DNA of 64,000 nucleotides from an uncultured Gemmatimonadaceae bacterium (GCA_963790305.1 CAWBOC010000005.1:608001-672000), one strand, 5' to 3'; shown: positions 39,117-49,197, numbered from the stretch's first letter. The notes: generated from the letters alone by a model not told the origin. Made by a program: numbers and translations.

Positions 39117-41560
39117 CGCGCCGACTCCGCATCATCTCCCTGCTGATTCCCGCGCTCGTGCTGTGCGGTGTGCTCGCGGCCTTCGGCTTCGTCGTCGTCC
39201 GACTGTACCAGTCGGCGTATGACCAGCGCGCCCGCGGACCACTGCTGTATCGCGCCCTCGAGGAGGAGCTCGCCGCCGGGCTCGAGCCGAGCGATAGCTC
39301 GCTCCGGCGCGCCATCATCGTGAACGAAGACTCCGCGCTGCTTCGGCGGCGCGGGGCGCTCCTGACGATACGCTTCGATACGCTCGCGATCGTGGACACC
39401 GGCCAATCGCCGTCCCTTCGCGAGGGCGGTTTCGTCGCCGATCACGTGCACCGCTACAACACGATCCAGCGCAGGCGCGTGCGCGACGTGCAGGATCGCT
39501 TCACGCGTCGCGCCGCGAGTCTCGGTCCACTGGTGGATCTTCGCGAGAAGGAAAACCCGTCGGTCTTCCGGACGCGCATTCGTTTCATCGACGACTCGTC
39601 AGGCGAGCGCTACCGGAGCACGCTGAGCTCTCGCGCTGCGACGACCGGAATGCGCGTCGCCTCCCCGTTCGAGTCGAGACGAGAGGTGATGATCACTGCT
39701 CGTCGAGCCACTGAGCGCTTTGCGTTTGTCGGGCTGGACACGACGGTCACGCTCACCGGCAAAGGCACGACGCCGGGCGGCCGCCGTGGCTGCACCTTTC
39801 TCGTCCGTGAGGACTCGGCCGGGATTCAGTGTCGGAAGCCGGGGGCCGCGCGCCCGGAAATCCTGATCGCGCTCGATAGTCAGGGGCATCCCGGCTCATT
39901 GCGGATGTTCCGCCGCGACAGCGTCTTTTATGATGGCAAGCTCGTGCCTCACGGACCACGGCTGCCGATTCGCCGCGGTGGACTCTTTCGCTTGCCGTCG
40001 CGCATTCTCGGCCAGCCTGGCGAGCCGATGGCGCTCGAGCAGACCGTGTCCGGCATTCTCGCCGGCACGCAGTGGGTGAACGGGCGCGTCGTGTGGCGAC
40101 AGAATGCGGATTGGGACACGCCGATCGCGCGGCAGCTGGTGTCGGCGAGCGGATTCGGGCTCATGTCGGCGCTCTCGACTCCGCGCATCGTCCCGCTGAG
40201 CCTGGACGAGCAGCTGTCGCGCGAGCTGCAGGCGGAGCTTGAAGCGTTCATCAAGGCGCAGCCGCAGGCACGAGACCTCTCGTTTGCCGTCGGGGTCATC
40301 GCGAATCTGGCGAGTGGCGAGATCCTCGCGGCGCCCGAAGTGAATCATCGCTACGCCGACGCACCCAGCAGCGTGCTCCGCAGCGTCAACGTCGGGTCGG
40401 CGATCAAGCCGCTGCTTGCTGCAGCGACGCTCGTGTCGTTTCCGGAGCTCGCATCGCTTCAGATCCGCAACCCCGGGGGCAGAGTCAGCGAGCTGTGGGG
40501 GTATCCTCTCTCGAGCGACTTCGAGACAGGCAGCCGCTGCGCGGCTGGATGGATCGACCTGCGCCGTTTCCTCGAGTGCTCGAGTAATGTGTACGCGGCG
40601 AGCCTGGTCAGCGCCGGGCTGCAGCCACGGACCAATGGCCACGTGGTGCTCGAGAATCGCTCCGGTGCCGTGTATCGGCTGGGGGCACGAGAGGAATCCG
40701 ATCGCCAACCGCGTCTCCCGCTCGAGCCCGACCTGGCAATTCATCCGGAATCGCTTTTCGCGAGCGTTCTCTCGCACGGGCTCCATGAGCTCTTCGGAAT
40801 CACCACATCGCTCGAGGAAGCCAGCGTCGACCCGGGTGACTCGTCGGTATGGGAAGGATTGAGTGACGCTGCTGGGCATCCGGTACGTGTGCCGAGCGGT
40901 CTCTGGCCTGACCGCGGGCGTGTGGGACTGGCGTATCAGGGACGGCGGTCCACGCTGCGGCGGTTGGCGGCGGTGGCGATCGGCGCCGGGGAAGCGCGAT
41001 TGACGCCGATCGACCTCACGCAGGCGTTTGGACGACTCGTGAGTGATCGCACGCTCGTGCTGCGATTCGTGCCGGCGGACGCCGACACGACGCCGGCGCC
41101 TAACCACGGCCTCAGAGCTCAGCGGTGGTACCCGACGTTCATGGCTGGCTTGCGCGGCGTCGGCGAGACCGGGACCGCCGCGGGAACGGGCACTATCGTG
41201 AGGCGCGTGTTGGGACCGAACGTCGTGTTCTATGGGAAGACGGGCACGCTCAACGCGCCTGCGTCCGCATTGCGGAGATCGCCGGATACGGTCGTAATGG
41301 TCGATCCGGTGGTCGCGACGACGCTCGTGTTCGCGGTTGGCAATGCGCCGAGGAATGGAGGGTCAGCGCTCAGCTGCGGATTCGTGGGCACCGTCTACTT
41401 CCGACTCAATCGCGAAGTCGATCGCGTGGAGCCGCTCGCGACCGCGTTCGCGAACCAGCGGCTGTGGCCCGTGCTGCGAAAGCACTGGAGCCGGCTCGTG
41501 GTGTGTCCCGCCCCCAGACAAAGCCGCTCGTCCAACGCCCGCTTTACCGCCTCGCGGTGA
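39113..41560 (+). CDS. Divergent class B-like penicillin-binding transpeptidase
   Basis: N-terminal TM; GSAIKP (SxxK), SSN (SxN), GKTGT; ATGA overlap with the SEDS gene. Confidence 0.8.
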   Translation: MTRRLRIISLLIPALVLCGVLAAFGFVVVRLYQSAYDQRARGPLLYRALEEELAAGLEPSDSSLRRAIIVNEDSALLRRRGALLTIRFDTLAIVDTGQSPSLREGGFVADHVHRYNTIQRRRVRDVQDRFTRRAASLGPLVDLREKENPSVFRTRIRFIDDSSGERYRSTLSSRAATTGMRVASPFESRREVMITARRATERFAFVGLDTTVTLTGKGTTPGGRRGCTFLVREDSAGIQCRKPGAARPEILIALDSQGHPGSLRMFRRDSVFYDGKLVPHGPRLPIRRGGLFRLPSRILGQPGEPMALEQTVSGILAGTQWVNGRVVWRQNADWDTPIARQLVSASGFGLMSALSTPRIVPLSLDEQLSRELQAELEAFIKAQPQARDLSFAVGVIANLASGEILAAPEVNHRYADAPSSVLRSVNVGSAIKPLLAAATLVSFPELASLQIRNPGGRVSELWGYPLSSDFETGSRCAAGWIDLRRFLECSSNVYAASLVSAGLQPRTNGHVVLENRSGAVYRLGAREESDRQPRLPLEPDLAIHPESLFASVLSHGLHELFGITTSLEEASVDPGDSSVWEGLSDAAGHPVRVPSGLWPDRGRVGLAYQGRRSTLRRLAAVAIGAGEARLTPIDLTQAFGRLVSDRTLVLRFVPADADTTPAPNHGLRAQRWYPTFMAGLRGVGETGTAAGTGTIVRRVLGPNVVFYGKTGTLNAPASALRRSPDTVVMVDPVVATTLVFAVGNAPRNGGSALSCGFVGTVYFRLNREVDRVEPLATAFANQRLWPVLRKHWSRLVVCPAPRQSRSSNARFTASR

Positions 41561-41568
41561 ACCAACGG

Positions 41569-42012
41569 CTAGATCCCGAACTGCCTGAAGTGGTGGTCGG
41601 TGTGCCGGTACCCTAACAGTCCCCACGCCCACCCGGGTAGGCGTCCGAAGAACGGATGCTCCGGCCAGCGAAGATTGCGAGCGCGGTCGCCGAACGTTTC
41701 GATGTTGTCGTGGAGGCGCGCAAGCTCGACCTCCCACTCGTCGGGCGAGCGCGCAAGCAACTCTCGAGGGGTCGGGGCGTTGCGGGGGAAGGGAAGCAGG
41801 CATGCAACGAGATAGTTGATGGGCGGGACCCCGAGCCACGTCCTCCGCCGTCTCGTTATCAACTCGCCATAGCCAAGCGAAAACCCATCGTTCACGTGCG
41901 CAAGCATCTGCCGCACGCTCATGCGCCCCCACCGCGGACGCGCATCGGGGGCAAGTCGGCTCAGCCGAGAGAGCAGAGCGACGCGTGCTTTGGACTGGAA
42001 CAGAGAGCGCAC
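41569..42012 (-). CDS. DinB-like (DUF1569) protein
   Basis: WGRMSVRQMLAH, HPFFGRL, HTDHHFRQFG. Confidence 0.85.
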   Translation of the reverse strand: MRSLFQSKARVALLSRLSRLAPDARPRWGRMSVRQMLAHVNDGFSLGYGELITRRRRTWLGVPPINYLVACLLPFPRNAPTPRELLARSPDEWEVELARLHDNIETFGDRARNLRWPEHPFFGRLPGWAWGLLGYRHTDHHFRQFGI

Positions 42013-42239
42013 GAGTGTATCAGCGAGACGTGACTCGCAGGTGGGTCAGCAACCAATGCAGCATCTCCTCGCGCGAAGCCACGTGTGCTTTGAAGCTAAC
42101 ACTCAGCCGATCGAGTGCCCCGGCGGCGTTGCAGCAAGTCACGTGATCGGCGCACGCCCCCAACGTGCGGCACCACGAAGTGTTGTCGAGGCGGCGGGTA
42201 ACTGACCGAGCCTCGGCGCGTTGTGACCAGGTGAGCATC

Positions 42240-42721
42240 GTGGTCGAGCTTGAGCCCGGTCGATCTCGGCGGTCTCGTGCGAGACGTTGCCCGATCCACC
42301 GGATCACTGGCGATGGCGAAAGGGCTGGCGATCACCAGCGAGATCCCCGAGGGTCACATGCCCATGGTGACCGACGCGACGACGGTGCGGCAAATCCTCG
42401 TCACCTGCTCGAAACGCGATTCGCTACACCGATCGGGGCCGGGTGATACTCCGGGCACGCGTGGACGCGCACACCGTCATCTTCGAGGTGGAGGACACAG
42501 GCATTGGGATCGCGCCCGAACCCATCGGGCCGATCTTCGAGCGGTTCTGGCAAGTCGATCAAACCAATACGAAGCTGCGCGGCGGTACGGGGCTCGGGCT
42601 GGTGGTCACCCGCGACCTGGCGCGCGCGTTAGGCGGTGACGTCGAAGTGGAGAGTGCCCTCGGGCGGGGAAGCCTCTTCCGGGGGCGGCTCTCGCGCGAC
42701 ACCCCCGTTCCCGGCGCTTAG
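42240..42721 (+). pseudogene. Histidine kinase HATPase remnant
   Basis: VDLGGLV, RQILV..NAIRYT (frameshifted), VEDTGIGI, GGTGLGL, GRGSLF; no HisKA region, no start, several indels. Confidence 0.75.
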
Positions 42722-42933
42722 CTCGCGACCTTCGCGACGTTTTCCGCCGCCGGTCCCTTCTGACCCTGCACGAGGTCGAACTCGACGCGCTGTCCCTCAG
42801 CGAGGGACTTGAAGCCACCGCCTTGAATGGCCGAGTGATGGACGAAGCAGTCCTTCTGCGCCTCGCCTTCGGGCGTGATGAAGCCGAAGCCCTTGGCATC
42901 GTTGAACCACTTCACGGTTCCGGTAGTACGCAT
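42718..42933 (-). CDS. cspA: Cold-shock protein
   Basis: [39 protein letters not shown]. Confidence 0.95.
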   Translation of the reverse strand: MRTTGTVKWFNDAKGFGFITPEGEAQKDCFVHHSAIQGGGFKSLAEGQRVEFDLVQGQKGPAAENVAKVAS

Positions 42934-43001
42934 GGAATATCCTCACGGGTGATGTCGGCAGAGCCGTGCCTAACGGCGCCATGGGCACGCCGACCGAGTT
43001 G

Positions 43002-43265
43002 TCAGTCTTCGCGGGGGATCGAGTCGGGAACGACGTCGCGGTCATCGCTCGCTGGCGGAACGCCCCAGAGACGCAGGGGCCCCACTCCACCGGAGCGCTC
43101 GAGGGAGAACGACGTCCAGCCGTTCGTTTCGGCGACGGCGCGATTCGCGGCCAGACGGTCCTGCACTGCTTCGTGTGCGGCCTCACTGCTGCCCGGCGCC
43201 CCGCGGCGCGCGATCGAGTCGAACCGGCTGTACAGCGTTTGAAGCGAAACCATGTGCTGAGACAT
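43002..43265 (-). CDS. Hypothetical protein
   Basis: Plausible ORF between co-oriented genes; start uncertain. Confidence 0.4.
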   Translation of the reverse strand: MSQHMVSLQTLYSRFDSIARRGAPGSSEAAHEAVQDRLAANRAVAETNGWTSFSLERSGGVGPLRLWGVPPASDDRDVVPDSIPRED

Positions 43266-43345
43266 GAGCGGCCTCATGGGGAGAAGGAATTCCAGCTCCA
43301 TCCGGCGCCAGTGGGCGTCGTCCGTGCGCCACGGCATCGCGCTTT

Positions 43346-44473
43346 TCATTGCATTCGTGGTACGTCGGCGCCCGTGCCAGCGACAATCACGAACTCGGCG
43401 CGACGGTTCTGCCACAGACAGGATTCGTGGCGGTCCTCACAGATGGGATGCCAGGAGCTGAATCCCACGGCGTCAATGCGATCGGAGGCAATGCCCCGGG
43501 CGGTCAACCAGCGCTTCGCCGCCTCGGCGCGTGTCCAGGCAAGCGTGGTGTTGCTCGCGCTGGAACCACGAGCGTCCGCCTGTCCCTCGATTCGGATCCG
43601 CAACGCGGGGACTCCGCGGAGCAGGGCGAGCTTCGAGTCCAGCGCCGCAATGGCGTCGGGGCGAATCTCCGCGCTGCCCACGTCGAAGTGGATGGCCATC
43701 CCCATCCGATCGTGCATCTCGATCGGGCGGAGCCCAGCCATGCGGGCGCCATTAAACGCGGCGTCGCGTGTCACGCGGTCGGTTTCGAGCTGCAGGATCG
43801 CGACGGGATTCGACTCTGTCAGACGCGGCATCGGACGGGGATACGCCGGTGCCAACTCCCCGCGGCGGATCGCGACCCGCTCACTGGGCACGCTCGCCGT
43901 CGGACGCATCCAGCTGAGCCCCAGGCGAAATCCCCAGTTGGAATGCCGCCGGAGCGTGTCGCCACCGTTGATGTACTCCCGCGTGCCATCGACTCGCAGC
44001 GCGGTGGAGCGGCCGAATGGGAGGCGCACGCCGGCCGTCAGGCTCGTCCCCCACGCGTCGTACGAGCCGTAGTCGTTATGCACCGCCCCGCCACCCAACA
44101 GCAGCTGGTTCGACCCGATCGGGAAATTGTAGGTGAGGTCGAGGAGGAGCGGCATGATGTTCCTGGCCTCGGATCCGGCGACGCGATCGACCCGCGTGAA
44201 GCCAACGCCGCCTTCAAGCTCCCAACGCGGATGCACGAAATAGCCTAACCGGAGGCCGCCGCCTATTCCTGATTGGAGGTTGGTGGCTGGCGCGAAGTCG
44301 GTAAACCGGCCAAAGGTGTTGAGCTCGAAGGCCCGCACGCCGAACTGCTGGGAGAGGACGGGAAACGCGAGAATGGCCGTGAGAAGGAGCCCGATGCTCG
44401 CGACCTTCAGCAGCAAGGTGAGGATGGCCCTGGCGCCCAATGTCGGTTGATCGTGAACGACCGCGTGATGCAT
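43346..44473 (-). CDS. OmpA family protein (beta-barrel plus PG-binding domain)
   Basis: GAGGAG RBS; barrel strands, IHFDVGS, IEGQADARG, RAEAAK, NRRAEF. Confidence 0.85.
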   Translation of the reverse strand: MHHAVVHDQPTLGARAILTLLLKVASIGLLLTAILAFPVLSQQFGVRAFELNTFGRFTDFAPATNLQSGIGGGLRLGYFVHPRWELEGGVGFTRVDRVAGSEARNIMPLLLDLTYNFPIGSNQLLLGGGAVHNDYGSYDAWGTSLTAGVRLPFGRSTALRVDGTREYINGGDTLRRHSNWGFRLGLSWMRPTASVPSERVAIRRGELAPAYPRPMPRLTESNPVAILQLETDRVTRDAAFNGARMAGLRPIEMHDRMGMAIHFDVGSAEIRPDAIAALDSKLALLRGVPALRIRIEGQADARGSSASNTTLAWTRAEAAKRWLTARGIASDRIDAVGFSSWHPICEDRHESCLWQNRRAEFVIVAGTGADVPRMQ

Positions 44474-44573
44474 GGCTGCTCCTCGGGCGGCAGATGCTGC
44501 GCCGAGGCGACCATTCGGCGGGGACACGTGCGCAGATCCGGGTCGCGTTGTCTGTCCAGCAGTTGCCCAATTG

Positions 44574-44651
44574 AGTATACGGTCTTGTCTGAGAATGTCA
44601 ATGGTATGTTCATGCGAATCGGTTGACATAGGCTGAACAAACACCCATTTT
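44574..44651. promoter_or_regulatory. Divergent promoters with CarH-type TnnACA direct repeats
   Basis: Minus: TGAACATACCA TTGACATTCTC AGACA and TTGACA-N16-TATACT. Plus: TTGACATAGGC TGAACAAACAC. Confidence 0.65.
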
Positions 44652-44658
44652 GATAACC

Positions 44659-45627
44659 ATGACAGGTCTTGCTGAGGTGCAGGTCGGCAGGCACCCGATT
44701 GGGGTAGTCGCCGAGCGAACGGGGCTGTCGCCGGATCTCCTGCGGGTGTGGGAGCGGCGGTATCGCGCGGTCGAGCCATCGCGCGCGGCCGACGGCCAGC
44801 GCCTGTACTCGGACTCCGATGTCGAGCGGCTCAGGTTGCTTCGGCTCGCGACGTTGGCTGGTCGTGGGATCCGGCAGGTCGCGCAGCTCGGAACTGACGA
44901 GCTCACCCAGCTGGTTCGAGAGGACGAAGCGGCGCGCCAGCGTGCGGTGCGAAGGGACGACCGGGCGATTCCCGTGTCGGTGGGAGAGGACGTCGAGCGG
45001 GCACTCGGGCTCGCGCGCGCGGTCGACGCGGTGGCGCTGGACAGTCTCCTCCGCAGGACCGCGGCGGCGTTAGGCGTTCCGATCTTTCTCGACGGGCTCG
45101 TGGCTCCGCTGCTTCGGCGAATGGGCGAAGAGGGGGAGGCGGGCCGCCTGGCTGTGGCGCAGGAGCACCTCGCGACGGCGATCATTCAGCGGGTGCTCGA
45201 GGGGATCATTCACTTCCTCGTGGCGCCGCACGGCGCGCCGAATCTCCTGCTCGCGACGCTAGCCGGCGATCCGCACAAGATGGGAACGCTGCTCTCGGCG
45301 ACCGCCGCCGCCGCCGAGGGGTGGCGCGTCACGTATCTCGGCCCAGACTTGCCGGCGGAGGAGATCGCGACCGCTGCCGTCGCGGCGGGAGCGCGGGTTG
45401 TGGGCGTGAGCATTGCGCGCCTCGCGGAGCGCGACCGGGTGCTCGCCGGACTTCGTACGCTCCGGGCGCGGCTTCCCGCCTCGGTGCCGCTGCTGGCGAG
45501 TGGCGCGGGCGCAGTGGACCTCGTGCCGGAGCTCGACGGTCTGGGGATCCACGTCGTCGCGGATCTCGCCGCGCTTCGCGCCGGCCTGCGGAAGGGAACG
45601 CCCTGGCCTAACGAGGGGCGACGATAG
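44659..45627 (+). CDS. MerR-family B12-binding regulator (CarH/LitR-like)
   Basis: LRVWERRY, GQRLYS, QEHLAT, GDPHKMG, YLGPDLP. Confidence 0.88.
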   Translation: MTGLAEVQVGRHPIGVVAERTGLSPDLLRVWERRYRAVEPSRAADGQRLYSDSDVERLRLLRLATLAGRGIRQVAQLGTDELTQLVREDEAARQRAVRRDDRAIPVSVGEDVERALGLARAVDAVALDSLLRRTAAALGVPIFLDGLVAPLLRRMGEEGEAGRLAVAQEHLATAIIQRVLEGIIHFLVAPHGAPNLLLATLAGDPHKMGTLLSATAAAAEGWRVTYLGPDLPAEEIATAAVAAGARVVGVSIARLAERDRVLAGLRTLRARLPASVPLLASGAGAVDLVPELDGLGIHVVADLAALRAGLRKGTPWPNEGRR

Positions 45628-45656
45628 GCCCTGTCCCGCCGGACGACGATGCACGA

Positions 45657-45686
45657 GACGGCGCGGGGCTTTTGCCCCGCGCCGTC
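45657..45686. terminator. Hairpin between convergent genes
   Basis: GACGGCGCGGGGC-TTTT-GCCCCGCGCCGTC. Confidence 0.6.
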
Positions 45687-45729
45687 CATCTATCCGTGCA
45701 TCGTGACGCGGTGGTCATGCCACCAGCGC

Positions 45730-46251
45730 TTACTTCGCCGCGCGGGTCTTCGCGACCGTGGTCGGCGCGTCCTGTCGGCCCTCGCCGCGACCGTTGGTCA
45801 GCTGGCCGCCGTTCTTGCTGTGGGCGACCGCTTTCACCTGGATCGTCTTGGGCTGGGGCATCGCCGACTTCGGGATACGGACCTGGAGCAGGCCGTTGTC
45901 GACATCTGCCTGGATCTTGTCGATCTCGACACCCTCGGGCAGCTGGAAGCGGCGGGTGAACGTACCATAGCCGCGCTCGACGAGATGATATCGTCCCTCG
46001 TCCTTCCACTCCTCGCTCCGCTCGCCGCGGATCGTCAGGACGCCGTTCTCGGTCGTGACGCCGATGTCACTGGCGTCGCTTCCGGCGATCTCGACCGTGA
46101 AATTCAGCTCGCCATCGGTCTCGCGAATGTCGACGAGCGGGGTCCACTCGCTCTGCTCGGCTTTGCCCTGCGTGATTGCGCCTTCGAAGAGTCGGTAGAG
46201 CTCGCGCTGCAGGCCGAGCGTCGGGGTCGTCATGGCTGGCGTATACAACAT
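45730..46251 (-). CDS. Hsp20 small heat-shock protein
   Basis: WTPLVDIRET, GVLTIRGER, ERGYGTFTRRFQLP, NGLLQVRIPK. Confidence 0.92.
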   Translation of the reverse strand: MLYTPAMTTPTLGLQRELYRLFEGAITQGKAEQSEWTPLVDIRETDGELNFTVEIAGSDASDIGVTTENGVLTIRGERSEEWKDEGRYHLVERGYGTFTRRFQLPEGVEIDKIQADVDNGLLQVRIPKSAMPQPKTIQVKAVAHSKNGGQLTNGRGEGRQDAPTTVAKTRAAK

Positions 46252-46331
46252 GTAGCCTCTTGTATTGCGAGGGCCCTTCCTTCGATTTCGCTGGACAGTC
46301 GGGCCCTGATGGCTCCCAGGTTCGTAATGGG

Positions 46332-46463
46332 AGTATAACAGGCTGTCGGTCGGTTGTCAATGATCTGTCCAAGACAAACAGTTGACAACACAGGCGAACG
46401 TCATAGTCGTCAAGGTGTTGTCCTGGTCAAATGATTGACAGTGGCCCATTTCTGGCATATCCT
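46332..46463. promoter_or_regulatory. Divergent hsp20/fasciclin promoters with 11-bp GACA repeats
   Basis: Minus TTGACA-N17-TATACT with TGTC at 46344/46355/46366; plus GACA at 46373/46384 and TTGACA-N17-TATCCT at 46435-46463. Confidence 0.75.
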
Positions 46464-46540
46464 CAGTGTTGATACGTGCTGGGCGTCGTTTGGAGCCTGT
46501 CGCCCCGCAGACAGCACACGGCTTCGCAGGAGCGACTCAT

Positions 46541-47068
46541 ATGAATGCCCCATACGCCGAGAAGGTCCTTATCTCTCCCCCGACGACTGGTCCGGCCGAG
46601 TCGCAGTCTCCCCGCGATGCACAAAAACGCGCAGACGCGGCGCGTGCACCGCGCTGGGGACCAAAAGCCAACGTGCTCGAGGCGATCGAGTCGGCAGGCG
46701 ACTTCAAGATCCTCTCGCAGGCCCTTCAGGACGCCCACCTCGACGACATCCTGAGTGGGAAAGGCCCGTTCACTCTCTTCGCGCCCACGGATGACGCGTT
46801 CGGGAAGATGCCAAGTGCCGATTTGAGCACCCTGCTTGCCGACTCGGTGAGGCTGCGCTGCGTTCTCAGCCACCACATCGTGGCGTCGAAGGTGAGAGCC
46901 CCCCGCGAGCGCGTGCCGAACACGGCGATGGCCGTTGACGGGCGCAAGCTGACGATGACCGTTCGGCAGGGCTCCTATAAGGTGAACGAAGTGCAGATCG
47001 TGAAGGCCAATCTTCGCGCGTCCAACGGCGTGATTCACGCTCTCGACTCGCTTTTGCAGCCGTCGTGA
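46541..47068 (+). CDS. Fasciclin (FAS1) domain protein
   Basis: AGGAG RBS; GPFTLFAPTDDAF, ASNGVIHALDSLL. Confidence 0.9.
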   Translation: MNAPYAEKVLISPPTTGPAESQSPRDAQKRADAARAPRWGPKANVLEAIESAGDFKILSQALQDAHLDDILSGKGPFTLFAPTDDAFGKMPSADLSTLLADSVRLRCVLSHHIVASKVRAPRERVPNTAMAVDGRKLTMTVRQGSYKVNEVQIVKANLRASNGVIHALDSLLQPS

Positions 47069-47107
47069 GGCTGCCGCGCGGCGGGTAGACTCCGATACAT
47101 TCAGCGC

Positions 47108-47956
47108 GTGCTCCGCCCCGCTCGCGCTCTCGTCGTCGTCGTTGCCCTGCTGTGCTCCGCCACGAGTTGCGTCTCACGGACGCGATCCGAGGCTGACCTT
47201 CAGCGGGCCGACACGATTCGCGTTCTCGTCTACAACATCCATGCGGGGAAGGACGCGCGCGGCGTCGAGAATCTCCAGGGTGTCGTCGCCTTGATTCGCG
47301 AGACGCGAGCGGATGTCGTGCTTCTCCAGGAAGTCGATCGGGGTACGCGCCGATCGGGAGTCGTCGACCAGCCAGCCGTGCTTGCGGTGGGAAGCGGGTT
47401 TCACGTCGCGTTCGGAAGCGCTCTCGATTACGACGGCGGAAAGTATGGCGTCGCGACGTTGTCGCGCTGGCCGATCACGTTCGACACGCTGTACCGGCTC
47501 CCTGTCGATCCGCCGCAGGAGCGTGCGGGCGGCTCGCGCGAGCCGCGGGGGCTGCTGCGAGTGGACGTCCGCTCGCCCTACGGCACGATGACCGTGTTCA
47601 ACACGCACATCGACGCGTCTCGTGAAGACACGTGGCGTCAGCAGGAGGCGCGCGTGATCGTGGCCACCGTCTCAGCCGCGCGGAGCGCGCGTCCTCTCGT
47701 GCTGCTCGGTGGCGACATGAACTCGACGCCGGAGAGCGCGGTTCAGCAGATTCTTCGCGAGCCCGGTCTGCGCGATGCGTTCACCGAATGTGGGCGAGGC
47801 ACTGGACTGACGTATCCGGCGGATTCCGCGGTCAAGCGGATCGACTACCTCTATCTGAGCGGGGCGATGCGATGCGCTCGCGCCGAGGTGCCGGTGACCG
47901 TGGTGTCGGATCATCGGCCGCTCATCGTCGAGGTGCTGGTTCCGCGCAATCAATGA
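47108..47956 (+). CDS. Endonuclease/exonuclease/phosphatase family protein
   Basis: YNIHAG, LQEVD, NTH, GGDMN, RIDY, SDH. Confidence 0.9.
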   Translation: MLRPARALVVVVALLCSATSCVSRTRSEADLQRADTIRVLVYNIHAGKDARGVENLQGVVALIRETRADVVLLQEVDRGTRRSGVVDQPAVLAVGSGFHVAFGSALDYDGGKYGVATLSRWPITFDTLYRLPVDPPQERAGGSREPRGLLRVDVRSPYGTMTVFNTHIDASREDTWRQQEARVIVATVSAARSARPLVLLGGDMNSTPESAVQQILREPGLRDAFTECGRGTGLTYPADSAVKRIDYLYLSGAMRCARAEVPVTVVSDHRPLIVEVLVPRNQ

Positions 47957-47958
47957 AC

Positions 47959-48050
47959 GAACGGCAAAGATGACAGAGCTCAGAATACAGAACTCAGAAT
48001 TCAGAAACGACCACGGGGAGCCACGAACTGGCTCCCCGTTGGTTTGCCGT
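47959..48050. repeat. Family B element, right arm truncated
   Basis: Near-identical left arm and GGGGAGCCA/TGGCTCCCC stem to the 8742 copy. Confidence 0.85.
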
Positions 48051-48071
48051 CCGTCCTAACGGCGACAGCCA

Positions 48072-48332
48072 TCACGATACGGCGGCCAGATTCCGCGGTC
48101 CCCGCGCTCCGGCGAGAATCGCCGCGACCTCACGGAGGAACCCCGCGCGATCCTCGAGCAGCATCACCAATCGCTGCACGATTTGACCGGGGATCGGCTG
48201 TTCGCCGCCATAGTATCGCCACAGCGTCCTCAGGTCGACGCCTAGTGCCTGCGCCAGCTCCTCTGGTGGACAGTGGAGCGCCTGAAGGGCGGCGAAAATC
48301 GGATCATCGGCAAAGTATCTCGAAGCGGACAT
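48072..48332 (-). CDS. Small XRE-like HTH protein
   Basis: EELAQALGVDLRTLWRYYGG..PIP; GAGG RBS. Confidence 0.65.
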   Translation of the reverse strand: MSASRYFADDPIFAALQALHCPPEELAQALGVDLRTLWRYYGGEQPIPGQIVQRLVMLLEDRAGFLREVAAILAGARGPRNLAAVS

Positions 48333-48392
48333 GGTAACCTCGGCCGTATCAGGGCGAAAACGCGCTGGGCGACGGGCGTATCCCCGCGGGGA

Positions 48393-48986
48393 TCAGAAAG
48401 AGAATGAAAAAGCGGTGAAGACCGTGATATCGTTGCGGATCTCTCGATCGGACATTTCGCCAAGAAGACCCTTGAAGCTCGACATGTAGTCACGCGCTTC
48501 GAGGCGCAGACCGAGCGCGCCCATGTGAAGCTGGCCACCGATGGCGCCATACCCCGCGACGTTCGTCTCGGACTTGGAGCTCCAATCGCGGTAGTCGTAG
48601 GTGCGACCTCCGGCGCCGAGCCCGACGAACGGCGACAGCGTCATTCCTCCCGGACCAACATCGAACGACTTCGTGAGCTCGGCACCGATGTCGTACGAGA
48701 ACAGATCGATATCATCACTGAACGGAATGCGTTTGTCGCTGCTCGGCGTCACGCCCACGGTCGCGACGAGTGAGAGGTGCTCAGTGATCGCGTATCCCCC
48801 CTGTATACCGGCCGTGATGGCGTCTCCGAGCAGATCGCGGTGATCGCCGGTGGGGAGGTATGCACCAAGAAACGGGCGCGCCTCGAATCGAGAGCCCGAG
48901 GTCTCCTGAGCAGCCGCCTGGTTCGAGACGGCCGCCCCAAGCAGAGTGGCCGACAACAACATCGTGACGCTCTTGAAACGAATCAT
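48393..48986 (-). CDS. Outer-membrane beta-barrel protein
   Basis: Signal peptide AAA-QE, PFVGLGAG, LRLEARDY, C-terminal Phe. Confidence 0.8.
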   Translation of the reverse strand: MIRFKSVTMLLSATLLGAAVSNQAAAQETSGSRFEARPFLGAYLPTGDHRDLLGDAITAGIQGGYAITEHLSLVATVGVTPSSDKRIPFSDDIDLFSYDIGAELTKSFDVGPGGMTLSPFVGLGAGGRTYDYRDWSSKSETNVAGYGAIGGQLHMGALGLRLEARDYMSSFKGLLGEMSDREIRNDITVFTAFSFSF

Positions 48987-49197
48987 ATGAGTTCTCCCGC
49001 CCCGAAGGCGTGGTGTCGTAGGACCTAACGGCTCGCCGCCGTGGCGAGTCACGCCGGAGTGAAAGGCAACGCGGGGACCATGACGAGACGCTGGTCCGCG
49101 TCGCGCGCAAGCCTGCGTCGCAGAATGAGTTGTGCTCCGTTGACCCGCGGTGATTCGCGAAGGCGGTTCCCGATCACGCCGCGCGATTTCGCGAGAT

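Noticed and set aside
42020..42307. Cys-containing minus-strand ORF
   Set aside because: No RBS or recognisable motif, and it overlaps the kinase remnant.
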